A DNA stretch of 64,000 nt from Podarcis cretensis (lineage: Eukaryota), in assembly GCA_951804945.1 (NCBI GenBank), contig OX638159.1:48546001-48610000 (forward strand), given 5' to 3'. Below are positions 12,189 to 24,700 of this stretch, piece after piece. Made by a program: the position numbers and the translations under genes. The notes under the pieces were generated by a model. That model was not told the origin of the DNA. It saw only the letters and a program-made list of their open reading frames with translations, and made no database searches. The number at the start of each line of letters is the position of its first letter. Position 1 is the first letter of the stretch.

Positions 12189-13453
12189 CTAAAGAAGAAG
12201 AAATTGAAAGATTTAGTTTTTCTTTTCAATGCAGCAGCATGACAGAGCCATTTTAAAGATAGACATCAATATCTCAAGAAAGTTAGAGCTGCTGTTTTTA
12301 TTTTATCTTTGCTCCTTATTTTTCCAGTCTTCCATTCACCTTAGTTGTGTATCAGTTTGCATTTTTTTAAAGTCCACTAATAATCTGTGTGCATTTTCAT
12401 GTGCATTTCACCTAATATATACTTTTTGTATGCAATTTTTCTTAATATACGCATTTTTGTGCACAGTCTCCCCAAATATATGCTTTTTAATAAGCATATT
12501 TTTGTTGCAGAAATGCATCACAGTTTGGGAGATGTGATTACGAAGAATGTGAGCCCAGCTATTTTCTCCATCCCTCTCAACTACAGAAGTATAGGCTAGA
12601 AGATTGTCTCTCAAAACCTAGCTCAGAATTTCTCAAACTGCTCCATAGATCAGCTCCATTCAATTGGTCCACTGAAACACTGCAGAGGAATTGAGAAGTT
12701 ATGAACTTTAAATTTTTGTGATGACAGAAACTGAAGCTATTTTGAGCAGGGTTGAATTATCAAGCAGGCTAACAAGACCACAATCTAAGGTTCGTGATCC
12801 AGGGGGACCCCCTATGCCATTCCATGGTTTAATATGAATGAGCAGTGTGCTTCTGCATGCTGCTCAAAAGTCTTGGCTTTGATCCTTCTGTGTGACTTGA
12901 ATGCTGGAAACAAATCATAAGCATTGGCATGTTGTCAAGCAAACCTTGGCTCACATTTTGTTTCCCCCCTGACGAAACACAAGTGGTACACAGAAAGATG
13001 ACTTAGCTACTATTCATGGTTTATTTAGTGAGAAACAAACCACAAGCCTGGGTCTAGATGACACAACAAGCTGCTCCTGGTGCAGCCAAGAAAGCAGGAG
13101 GAGTGAAGTGGTGACTCCACCGGTACAATGCTCAATTGCATAAAACAATTAAGGTGTAAATGATGTTTAAACATAGCCAATGTCTGCAAGTACAGCAGTT
13201 AGAGATCCCTGGCAAAAGTTGGGTAAAAAAAACCCTGAATTTCAGAACAAAAGTCTAAGCAACACATTCCACCCTGTCTAAACAGGAATTTTTGTGCTGG
13301 TTGCAATGACTATTCTTTCTTGAATTCTCAAGCGGTGCCATGGGGAGGGGGAGTTTTAGGAAAATAATGTTCAAGTCCACTAAATCTGTCAGTCAAAAAA
13401 GGCCAATATATATAGTCATCTATGTATCATTTGATAGGAAAAGGGTTATTTAC

Positions 13454-13543
13454 CAAACGCAGTATAATCCATGTCTTCCAAATTGTCCAAAATATTTTCT
13501 ACTGAAGCGCTGAACCTCTTGAAGGTAGACGAATCCATCATTT
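13454..13543 (-). CDS. NIPBL: NIPBL exon 14
   Basis: EMMDSSTFKRFSASVENILDNLEDMDYTAF; 90 nt; preceded by a 105-nt intron. Confidence 0.96.
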
Positions 13544-13648
13544 CTAATAAAAATATGAAGTATAGTATATTTGAGCCATGATCAATTAATGGCAACTAAC
13601 AATGGCAAAGACATTAAAGGTAGTAAACAACAGCGGCAGCAACTTTAC

Positions 13649-13720
13649 CTTCTGGTGTTAGCTTTGGTTCATAAGCTTTCCTCTTCTTTTGTTTCTCTCT
13701 TTTCTTCATTTTTCTAGCCA
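13649..13720 (-). CDS. NIPBL: NIPBL exon 13
   Basis: VARKMKKREKQKKRKAYEPKLTPE; 72 nt. Confidence 0.96.
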
Positions 13721-14535
13721 CTTAAAATACAAAATGGAACATTTCCACAAATGCTTTCTTATATGGTAATGCAAAGATTGTGTTCAGACATCACTATAAT
13801 CATGGTTTATGGAGATGGGAATGAGCCCAGCCTCCTCCCTGGCTCATATGCTCTCCTCTCCTCCTGCTGCATGGCTGTGAGAGGAGACAGGAAACTTTTG
13901 CTTCCGCTTTCAGTTACCTGAAGCTTAGCATTATGTCCAAACCCTAAACTGAAGTTAATCTTAATTATGGGTTGTTGAAATAAACTAGCTTCACAGCCAA
14001 GGTTAACAGCTTCCAAGCAAGCCAGGATCACAATCCAAATTCAAACCATGTTTGACTTCCAAATCCTGACTTTTTTCAAAGTCATTAACCATAGTTCCTG
14101 GTTCACATGAATGGAAAGCTATGGGCAATTGCAGCTTCCTGGTTTGTTTTGTTGCCTACATAAAAGGAGAAGTGACACGGGGGCTATGTGTAAGTACATG
14201 CAGCTCATGTATTATTGTGGCTTATTAAGCCAAGATTTCATCGTGTGAATGCAGTAATTCTTAGGTTCAGGTAGATGTCACATTTAATCAATCTCAAAAA
14301 CTTCCACACTCCTTCTTGGGGACATACTGAAGTAGAGGGGAATACAAGCCAGGGGAGACTAGGCTTCTTCCTGTCACTATAAAGTATAGTTTATCATGAC
14401 ATTCAATATGACCAATACAACTTTAAAACTATCTGTCAATAAGTCAGCTTTTTAAGAATACTTTTTTAAAAATTAAGCCTTAGAAAAAAATTATCACTAA
14501 TGTGAGAGCAAGTTTAACAGTGGTGTGATAATTAC

Positions 14536-14739
14536 CCTCACTGAGGCTAGGAGGGGGAGAATAATCATCTACATCTGAGTCTTCTGGACTACGATTGCGA
14601 TATCGACTGCTACCAGAGCTCCTCCTTCCTTCATGATAGTGGCTACTCCTTTTATGTTCTCCAGAAGCTCGTCTGTCATGTTCTTCATATTGCCAAGCTT
14701 TATCATCCTCTCTATCCTTTTTATGCCTTTTCCGAGAAG
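14536..14739 (-). CDS. NIPBL: NIPBL exon 12
   Basis: SRKRHKKDREDDKAWQYEEHDRR...DYSPPPSLSE; 204 nt. Confidence 0.96.
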
Positions 14740-16267
14740 CTAGAAATTAACACACTGTTATGAATGCAAAGTCCAGTTTAAAGAAACTCAACTTATCTTC
14801 CAGCTAGGAGCAATTCACAAGCATGTTTTCACTTCTTTCTTGGTGCAGTAGTAATCATGGAGGACAAACTGATAAAGCTCAAGTTGCTAAATTGTACTGA
14901 AAGTTTTCAAGCACAGTATTCAATATACAGAAACACGGAAGCCCATCCTTTCCTGTTTCTGCTCCCAAAAGCTTTTTCAACCTTTTATTTCTTGTCTAAC
15001 ATATTGCTGTGCTTACCTGGGCTTCATCTCTCACCTTCGATTTTTGGGTCAAGATCTGTATGAACTATTATTATGGTTGATGTCTGACTTTCATTTGCTG
15101 TTTTCACTTCAGAAATTCCCACAGCTAAATATATAGGCTGAAGTGTGGGTTGTTTTTGTTTGTTTGTTTGTTTGAGTTAGTGCTAGTGGTAGTTTTTTTT
15201 TTTTTTTAATTAAGCAGCAACATCCCAGATGTGCATGCAGAACTGACTTGTGTGCCAGCCACTTCTCTGAAACCTTGATGCTGTTCCAGAATTCCTTTAC
15301 TTACATTATTTCTCTTGCTCACTGAAACAAACATGTTCTCTCTTCTTTACCGTTTTCATCCCTGGCTCCAAATCTCATCAGGTGTTCAGTTTATATGTCT
15401 GATTCTCACTTTTCAGGCTCTCAAAAGTTGGCGGGGGGCCCTTAAAAATATATATATTGATGTTCCTGCCTGGACTCTACATTAATCTGACCCTCTTCTT
15501 GATAGACCTAATGTCTCTTATTCCATCAAACTTCTGCAACCTTTCTTCTTTTGCCTCTCCCTTAATAAGAAAATTAGTATGTTCCAGAAAAGTTTCAAAA
15601 TGTAAGTTTGAATTTCTCTCCTATGCCTTTTCTCCCTCTTACTCTTTATAAATTGCCTATTGGTTGAAATTAGTGTTCCTTGACTGGATAAAACTGTGTA
15701 TCTCTAGCTTCAGTTACTGAAAGGTATACTTTTTAGCTAAAACTCTGATTTTCATTTCAAGACCAAGGACACCATTATCTGTATTATTATTTTCCATTTT
15801 CCCCTAATTCTTTTAATTTTGTTTTGGAAATACAATTAAATTCCTAAACACTTTGTTTAGGGGCCTATTCATTTTATCTTCTTGTAAATAAAGCATATCT
15901 GTAGCACCATGAAAGTAGTAGGACAGGAACCCAGAAGTAGAAATGTGCATGTTATTTTCCACTCCAAAATTTTTCAAACCCTTCCACTGAACCATAAAAC
16001 CTTTCTTCTGATGTTTCTTTACATTTTGTTCACTTTTTGCTCAGTTTCTAGGAAGGGAAGGAAAACATAGTAAGCCATCTTTTTCAGCCCAACTAGTTCA
16101 TTAAAGGTGATTAATTTTTCTATAAAACACAATTTCCTGAAGCACCACAGATGAGTTCTCAAAATAAATTTGTTTACTGTTTAAAGAAAAAGAGCCATGT
16201 ATGATTTCCATGACTGCGTTTATCTCTGTACTGTAGTGAGTTCCTATTAAGTGACCTTTGTCTAAGT

Positions 16268-16403
16268 CAGGCATAGGCAAACTCAGCTCTCCAGATGTTT
16301 TGGGACTACAACTCTCATCATCCCTAGCTAAGAGGACCAGTGGTCAGGGATGATGGGAATTGTAGTCCCAAAACATCTGGAGGGCTGAGTTTGCCTATGC
16401 CTT
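16268..16403. mobile_element. Palindromic hAT MITE (136 bp)
   Basis: Near-perfect foldback; 8-bp TSD GTCTAAGT (16260-16267, 16404-16411). Confidence 0.88.
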
Positions 16404-16821
16404 GTCTAAGTTATCTCCCCAAGAGTTGCCATACTACACCAGCATACCTCAACACAGCCTACTATAGTTTCCTCAATATGTCTACAGTACCCTACACACA
16501 AGAAAACCATCCAGACTTGTGAAGGAGAGCCAGTGGCTAAATTCTGTCTCAGCTCCTATTTGCTTTTATCTAAGGTACTCAAAATGTGAGACTGCAGGTT
16601 ACATAGCTGAATCAGGAAGTGATTTACTTCAGACACTGGGTTACTCAATGAAGACCACAGAATGCTGGGAGTGTGTACACCTACTTGGTACCCCCCCCCC
16701 CATGTGAACTACCCTGGCCTCATCCTTGCTCATCTGGCAGGACTGATTAGGAAGACACCACAAACCATTTTTAACACAATATATCACCATTATCAAAATG
16801 AGAAATCACCACTCTACTTAC

Positions 16822-17004
16822 TTTCAAAAGCCACTTCACTGTCATTGTCATCATCAGAACTGATTTCAGCGTATTTTGGTTTTTCATTTACTGTGCTACG
16901 CTTACGTTTGTTCATTTTCACTCGTTCACAGAGAGGCATGGTAGATTCAATTTCTGCTAGGAGTTCTGGAGGTAATTCCTTTAACACTGACTGATCTATG
17001 CTAC
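16822..17004 (-). CDS. NIPBL: NIPBL exon 11
   Basis: GSIDQSVLKELPPELLAEIESTMPLCERVKMNKRKRSTVNEKPKYAEISSDDDNDSEVAFE; 183 nt. Confidence 0.97.
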
Positions 17005-19847
17005 CTATCAATGAAGAGTACACTGTGAGTGAATAAGGTTCTAAACAAATTAATATTTGCATGTATTGATTAGCACTTTCACCTGTCCTTTCACACGGTA
17101 TCACAATATAGTTTCTAAAACTTAAAAAGTTATAGCAACTAGCAACACACAGCATTATCAGCAAAAAGACCTAATTCAAACTTTAAAGTACAAATTGTTA
17201 ATTAAAATATCAAATCAATCAACAGCTCTTGTTTGCAAAAAATAAAACTTTAAAAGATCATCTCCCTCTCAGAAGCAGCCTGCTTCAGCATGACTCTTCA
17301 TAAGCACAATACACAATGTTTTATTTGCACCCATTCATTACCCATTTCATATTTGCATATATAAGCAGACTGTGCATGTAATCAGATGAAGGCAACTTTG
17401 AAAAGCTAGTTATGTTGACAAAATGGATATTCCCAACTTATAGCAGAGCAATTTTATGTGCATCTTTAGATACGCTGGCATCATTTATAACAAGCATACT
17501 GTACAAACAAGTGGCAAATACATCAATACTATGGTTCAATTCAAGGACATGCCCCCTCCTGCCCTCAGCAAAGCCTTAACACAGTGAGCTATGTTGCAAG
17601 CAGCTGACAGTAACTGCTGAACACTGGGTGAAGGTGCCTCCCACAAGTTTCTGCTCACAAAAGGTGCCTCTCTCCAACTTTTGGTGAGCCTCCCCGCCCC
17701 CATAAAAACTTTCTGGGAGTCACCTTCGAATGATGTGGGAAATGAAAAATTTCCTAGAGAAAAAGAAAGCGTTGGAAAATTTTCTATTTCATATGTTCAT
17801 TAAGAGCAATGAAAGAATGTCAAATGCAAAGAAGGCATAAGGTAAGCTTGGCAGTTTCAAAGTTTTTAACTTTGTTTACTGAATACAAGCAAAGTAAGCA
17901 TGCTAAATCAGATCATCCTCTCTAGTCTCTGCTCCTCTCCTGTACTATTTATCCACAGTGAGCTGCAACATAACCACTGTGAAAACAAGGATCTTTCTCC
18001 AGTTATGAGAAATGAGGCATTACCCTTCTCTAACAGAACAAATGACTGAGGTTGAGATAAAACTCACAGACACCTCTTCTCCCACTTTGACCACCTGATG
18101 CATACCTCCACCCTCTAGATTGTTCAGTTATCTAAAATGTTTAACACATCTGTCATGAAATCCGTTCATGTGCTCAAATTAAAGTCTCTGACCCAGATAT
18201 TAGTTATAGATCAAGAACTATTTAAATAAACCAGTTTTACACTAACTATCGAAGTATGCTTGTTTTACAGCTTAGTTACTATTGTCTCAGGCACATCTGT
18301 GAAAGGAAACAGTTCATTTTTTGAAGTGACAATGAAATAAATAAATAATCCCAACTGTAGGCCTTAAATGAGGACAATAATGACAACATTCACATATCAC
18401 AGTGAGCCAGAAACCATGGTGTACCATGCATAAGCCCATTATACCTACTCTGCTCCTCCCTCCTTGTGCTGAGGAACATAGCTTATCATGGACATGTGAA
18501 TATAGCCAAATTTTTTAATGCTAAAATGGGAGTTGTAGTTCCAGCATCAGTGACCATACAGTAATTGCTCTGTTTAAGTATAGATCAATATTTTGCAACC
18601 AAACATAGATTGAAAGCTAGCCACTCTTCTACATTCAGCTAATGTTTACAGAAATAAAGACATATAATACATTGATGCCTTCATATATATATTTTTGAAA
18701 TTTGCATTAATTATAGTTACACATGTGTGCAATATAATAGTATCATGTTGAGCAAAAACCTTTAAAGGAAAGGATACTAATAACTGAGAAAGGACTACCA
18801 TGTATAGAAATGAGTAAATTAGCTACAACCTGGACAAGAACAGAAAGGCAAAACAAGCTGAACATGGTTAACTAGGTGTACATGGCTGATCATCTGCTTA
18901 TACTGTACAATATCTACAAAAACAAATTAAGTTCCACTTTTTAGGTTGATATGCAGAATTAAACAGTTAGCACTAAATCTTCATCTGTGGCTCTTCTTTG
19001 TGTGCTTCTGTCAACTGAGCTTCATTCAGCAGGTGGCTACAAGTGAAAGAATCTTCTTGATAGTGGCATACTTCCTCCACAAAGAATTCCAGCTGGCACT
19101 TACTGCAATGCCTTCTCAGCACCAAATACCATTTTATTTTCACAAACCTACTAAATCATGATTTTTTCCCTCTTTGTTTTCTTTTATCTGTTTTGATCCA
19201 AGTATACTTTGTTGATAAAGTATTAAACAGGGAAATGATTGTGTAATCATTATTTCCCGAAATCTAGGCAGATTGGTGACTTCTGTGAAATTCCAACTTT
19301 AGGACAAGACTACACCTGGAATTTTTAGAGCCATGTTTGTTTCATTATACCAAGCTAATATTGGTCATACTCAGTGTAGACCCACTGAAATTTAAAGACA
19401 TGACTAATTTAGACCCATTAAAAATCCACATTGGTTATACTTAGCTGGATAAAACATAGTATTGTATTTTACTATTTTTCTGAAAAATGCAGCAGGTTAC
19501 CACCAAAGATGAAAGCTAGGAACCCTAAGAAATAACGCCCAAGTAAATATATAATAAACTCGATTCCACAGCTAGGCTGAAATAAAAACATGTACTTTTC
19601 CTGTGGGGTAGAAAATCAACACCTACAATACTTTTATCTTTGTTAAACAACCTTTTTGGATAATCAAGCTATGTAAGTACAATCTAATACAAAACAATCC
19701 CTAATATGTTTACACAAAATGATTTAGGAAAGTCATGGCTCGCAACAACAGCAACAACAAGAAGAAAAACCCTCTCTACCAAAATTAAAATTTAGAATAA
19801 AACACACCACGATATTAAACATAATGGATAAAAACTTGAAAACTTAC

Positions 19848-21356
19848 CTTTGTTTGATCTGGATGACTTGTTCTTGTTAGGTTTAAAACAAGAGCTTCTA
19901 GATTTGTCTTCTCTATCTTTAATAATTTTTTGTACATCATCCAAAGAAAGCTTCTGCAGAACAACAACTGGTTTAGCTCCTTTAGTTAGATCCTCCACAA
20001 GCCCAATCTTCTCAACTTTGTCCTTCGGTTCACCCTTAATTTCTGATTTCCTTGCTTCGTGCATGACATTACCATCTTTATCACGTTTGATTTTTGGAAT
20101 GATAAAGTGTTTCAAAGCCCCTGATCTTCCCCCCAACAAATAACTGGGAAATTCCGCTTTATTGTCTGTGTGTGCTTTGTTACTATCCATTTTGCTCTTA
20201 TTACCATCTGTCCTTCGTTCATCTTTACTGTTGTGTGATTTAAAACCCGGTCTATCTGGCCTTAATTTACCAATATCACTTTTACTTTCTTGTTTAATAC
20301 GAGGGCTGTCAGGTCTTGGTCTCTGATCCCCAGATGACAGCCTATCCCGGGACTCACCAGACTCATGCCTGTGTTTTCTGTCTAGTTTTTCAGGTTTTGT
20401 GTTATCACATTTAATGATATATTTAGAGTCATGCTCGCCCTTACTCGAAGACCTCAAATACTCAGGTCTTCTCAGCTTGGATGAATCTCCTCTGTGTCTT
20501 TCTGATTCACCCCTGTCCTCAGATTTTTGTTTAAGGTTATCATGATCCCGTCTTAGAGAGTCAGAAACTGAACGTCCATCTGTCCTCTGTTTTAATGCAT
20601 CAGGCCTTTCAGATTTCACTCTGGAAGGATCAGATTTCATGTCCATTTTATATTTAGATATATCAGGCTTCTTTTCTGAAGATGATTTACCAGAATCCCG
20701 CCTGTTTTCATGTCTGTGTTTGGGGGTTTCTGGCCTGCCTTCATTCTTCTGCTTTGGGGTTTCTGGCCTGCCTTCATTTTTCTGTTTTGGAGTATCTGGC
20801 CTCACTTCATTTTTCTGTTTTGGAGTCTCAGGTCGTTGCCTTATTTCCTGTTTGCCATTATTCTGCTTGCTCTCATTTGGTTTCACATCCACCTGTCTAC
20901 TCTCATGTTTGCTCTCATGTTTAATTTCTGCTTGCTTGCTTTCAGTGTGTTTAGTTTCTATCCGTTTACTCTCATTTTGCTGCACTTCTGCTTGTTTGTT
21001 TTCATTGTGTTGTATTTCCACCTTTACACCTTCGGAATCTGACTTTTTCCTAGGGATGTCAGGGTGGTTTTCAGATTTTAGTTTAAGTACTCCAATAACA
21101 TCCTCTTGAGGAACAAAAACAGAACCATCGTTACACTGCTTTATCTCTTCAGGCTTTTTGATGATGTCAGAGTCCTGAGTAGCAGTTGCCTGAGAGTCCG
21201 CCCGTCCTGCTTGTTGTAGATCAATACTAACCATCAAGGCTGGCCTCGACCCATTTCCTGCAGAACCTGTCTCCTGAGAAGCTGGTTTATTTCCTCCAGT
21301 AGCACCTCCAGCCTCCTGTGGATAGGAATCTTGTTTTCGTTTCTTCAAAGGCTTAT
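19848..21356 (-). CDS. NIPBL: NIPBL exon 10 (large low-complexity exon with PETPK repeats and PxVxL motif)
   Basis: DKPLKKRKQDSYPQEAGG...KNKSSRSNK; 1509 nt, phase 1-1; ORF 19792..21348. Confidence 0.98.
19957..19971 (-). other. PxVxL (PVVVL) HP1-binding motif within exon 10
   Basis: GAKPVVVLQKLSL in translation; known NIPBL chromoshadow-binding motif. Confidence 0.85.
20713..20836 (-). repeat. 33-bp coding tandem repeat (RPETPKQKNEG undecapeptide, 4 copies)
   Basis: P(E/D)TPK codons recur with period 33 at about 20719, 20752, 20785 and 20818. Confidence 0.9.
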
Positions 21357-21756
21357 CTGCAAATCAAAGAAAGAATAAATTAAAAATCTTCATTTTAGTG
21401 AATATATCAAGGAAATGAAAAATATGCATTTTTGTATGTTCATTGACTATGCCACATAACTGGACTGCTGTAGAAAACAATATAACTTAAAATGAATTAG
21501 GGAAAGCTACTGAGATTTAAAAACAAAACAGTCACACTAAATTATGTTTGAATCATCTACAGCAAGATAGAACCAATTATACCAGCAAGAACAGGAAATA
21601 ATTAAATTTCATTCAACATTCATTAAATAAATATTCTTTGAGGAATAAATATGATTCTGAATTACATCTGTAACCTGAAGCATCTGTAACCTGAGGTACC
21701 ACTGTATTCTGTCTAAAAGATTTGTGGTTAGCAATGAGCTTTTACAAAATTCCTGA

Positions 21757-21775
21757 CATCCACCAGGGGGAGCCC
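21757..21775 (+). promoter_or_regulatory. CTCF-like motif (forward orientation)
   Basis: CATCCACCAGGGGGAGCCC. Confidence 0.5.
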
Positions 21776-24700
21776 TGAGTTCTGCTGCCTGCCAATGCAA
21801 GAACTGCTAGGCAATGCTTATTTCCAAATGTATCAGTGGGAAATGATAGGATTTGATTCCCTCCTCCCCCGCCCCCTTGCATGGGGTTGAGCTAAGACTT
21901 CACCTGTTCTGGTGGTTACTTTCATTTTCTATTTTAGTTCTGTGGCTGCTTATTCCTAAACAAACAGCCCACAATTTGGGGCAACAAAAGGGAAGTAAAC
22001 AAACAACCAACTGTAGTAGCACCAAAGAGGGAGAGGAGGAAGCAAAGTAAAAATAAAAACAAAAACAAAAACATCACCAATTCAAAAATATACAATAGGA
22101 AAAGCACCAGACCAAGAAAAGGCAAGTACTCAACAGAGAGCAAGGAGACTCAATCATCACCAACTGCAGGCAGGAAAAGTCAGTCTGGTGTGAGGGATCA
22201 CTCCTCCCACTGGAGAGGAGGCAAAAGGCTTCAGTGAACCTGCCTGTTCCTTCCAGTAGGCAGTGCCATCTCTATGAGGAACACCATCCATCATTCTCTA
22301 GTAAACCCTCCCCTGCCCCCAAAGTAAGGAACTTAAAAAACTAAAGGTAGCTAAACTAGGTCTCTTTAGTCCTGGCCACTGCAGCAGTGGTGGAAAAGGT
22401 GGAGGAAAACCCAATTTCTGAAAGACAAGTACCATAGCACTATAAAAGTGAAGGTGGAAAGAAAATCATTGCACAGAGAAATCCTGCCTCCTACTTGACT
22501 GAGCATAGAGTACGCCAGTGTCTGGGTGATTGGATAGTGCCAAAGAAAGAAATTACTAGTATTCAACAGTCACAAAGTTCATTAATAAATCTATAGCTCT
22601 TGTGCAGATTTTTAGGACTACAGAAATTATAGTCCAGCAATCAGAACTCAGACCATCAGCCATGTCTTGTGGTCAGCATGACAACCCACCTATTTTTACA
22701 GTCCTCAGGAGAACGAGTTTTGCCAAGGCAGAGTGGCTTGGGGAATCAGAAGGTAAACAGACATTATACACCTGTACATGTAAAACCTCATTATTTTGGT
22801 TCTCCTGGCATGCATTTGTTTGTATCCCTAATTACAACAATTTTAGTTGAACCAAAATTTCTCAAAAGCCTTTTTTTCTGAAAGAACTTGGAGATTTCAC
22901 CCAGAAAAATATGTCACTTTGAAAATTTTATCTGAATGCTCTCCACCATTTTTTGTGGTGAACACTTTTTCCTTCTACAATGCCTTGGAATGGTGTTAGG
23001 TCCAGGCAATGTTAAGAATGCAAAATGGTGGCCAGGCTGCCAACAGTTTCTTGCAACAGCAGTGGGGGTATTAATGAGAAAAACAAGCTATACTACTGCT
23101 TTGTAAGTTCTTACATAGGTTGTATCAGTATCCGTTAGCTACACTGATTAGTGAGCTCTGATCCACAAGTACTATATTTACCTGTATGGATATTCTAAAA
23201 AAACTACTTGGTATGTATTCCTTATTCCTTATTTAATATGCAGGTTGCTCAGTATTATTTTTGTTGTCATTCACTGTAAGTAATGTCTTTAATTTCATTA
23301 TCAGCTGACGAAGTGTCTAGTTCAAAACAGTTGATCCAATACTGTACTGCTTGTTTGCTTATTGCTGTTGAATTCGTTACGTTGGAGCACCCACCACAAT
23401 ACTTCTTGGGCATTGAAAGGCATCCTGCCTGCATCATGGTGTTCCTCACCAGTAACTCTTTACAGTAACTGTTTGGTTATGAACCAATATATATTATTTG
23501 GATATTACTTGGAAATTGTAAACTCTGGATGACATTCTACTACCAATTATAATATATTTATCACATTCATTAGCAACATGTTGCGGTTGTGTTTCAATAG
23601 ATATAACTAAATTTATAATGGCAACCCTAATCCCATTTCTCCTCTCTCCAGAAAGATGATGAAATGCTTATTCCCCCTTTCCCATCCCCAATTTCTCTGT
23701 CCATAAATAGGGTTGAGAATTACAATAGATCATTTGCATACAACTAGTTTAGATTACAAAACTACCAATAGTGGACTTTTAAACTGTCTTTAAAAAAATA
23801 TGCATTAAATCCATCTCCTGATAAGAAAAAGAGTGAGACACTAGTAGAAGGAAATAGTTAATAGTTAAACAATTACCTCTGAAGGATGTAATCAGATTCT
23901 TTGACTTTTCATTGAATCAAAGATCAAAGTGACTCAAATCAGATCATATATAATCCTAGGAAATGAGATCCTTGAAGCTCAATATTTAAAGATGGCAAAC
24001 ACACCACAGAAAACAGCACAACATAAAACATGGCCACTTCCTTTTTGTTCACTTATAGGCATGTGCATACCAGAATGAAATTAAGAGAAGTCTTATAATC
24101 TCTAGAAATTTCTTAATTTGTGGAATTTTGGATAGAATTTCCTACATACAACAGAAAACTGGAAGAAGCTTAAAACAGTGATGATGCAACTGTCTGGCTT
24201 TGTGTGTGAAAGGTGTGTGGAGACTTCAACACACACTCGGTGGATCGAACCATTCAAAAAGGTTGTGGACATATGTAGCTTTTCAGTTGTTTTAAATCAG
24301 ATCTACATTTCTGTAAGTCAAACCAATTTCTTCTCCTTTCATTGGATAAGGAATCTCAGCACAGGACTTCAATCATGGCTTGGAACTATGTTATTCTAAA
24401 TGCATGCATTTTTACACATACTGACTCACAGTCCATCAATGCCCACCTAAAACTTTGCTCATTATTATTTGTTCATTATTTGCTCGAGTTATGTTGCCTA
24501 GCCCACTATCTCCAGGATCTATTCAATCATTACGGACCCCTGGATTTACCTCACTAAAACAACAACAACCAGCCCTCCAATCTGAGATCATCCAGAATCT
24601 CAACTTATCCTATGTTCTGTAATTTATGAATCAGATTTTATATATTATCCATTCCTTGAGCCACATAATTAATAGAAGCTGCACTGACTCATGCAGAATG

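Noticed and set aside
12770-14420. Recurrent AAACCATGGTTT/GTTCAGACATC-type degenerate modules (also ~18390 and ~61690)
   Set aside because: Probably old squamate DNA-transposon remnants; boundaries and family could not be supported from the sequence alone
20639-21109. 156-aa plus-strand ORF (and 19850..20143, 28740..29000) antisense to exons 9/10
   Set aside because: Shadow ORFs produced by the codon bias and repeats of the NIPBL exons; no independent gene signals
24170-24300. GTGATGA C-box-like motif suggesting a snoRNA
   Set aside because: Lies on the strand opposite the host transcript and lacks a matching D box and terminal stem
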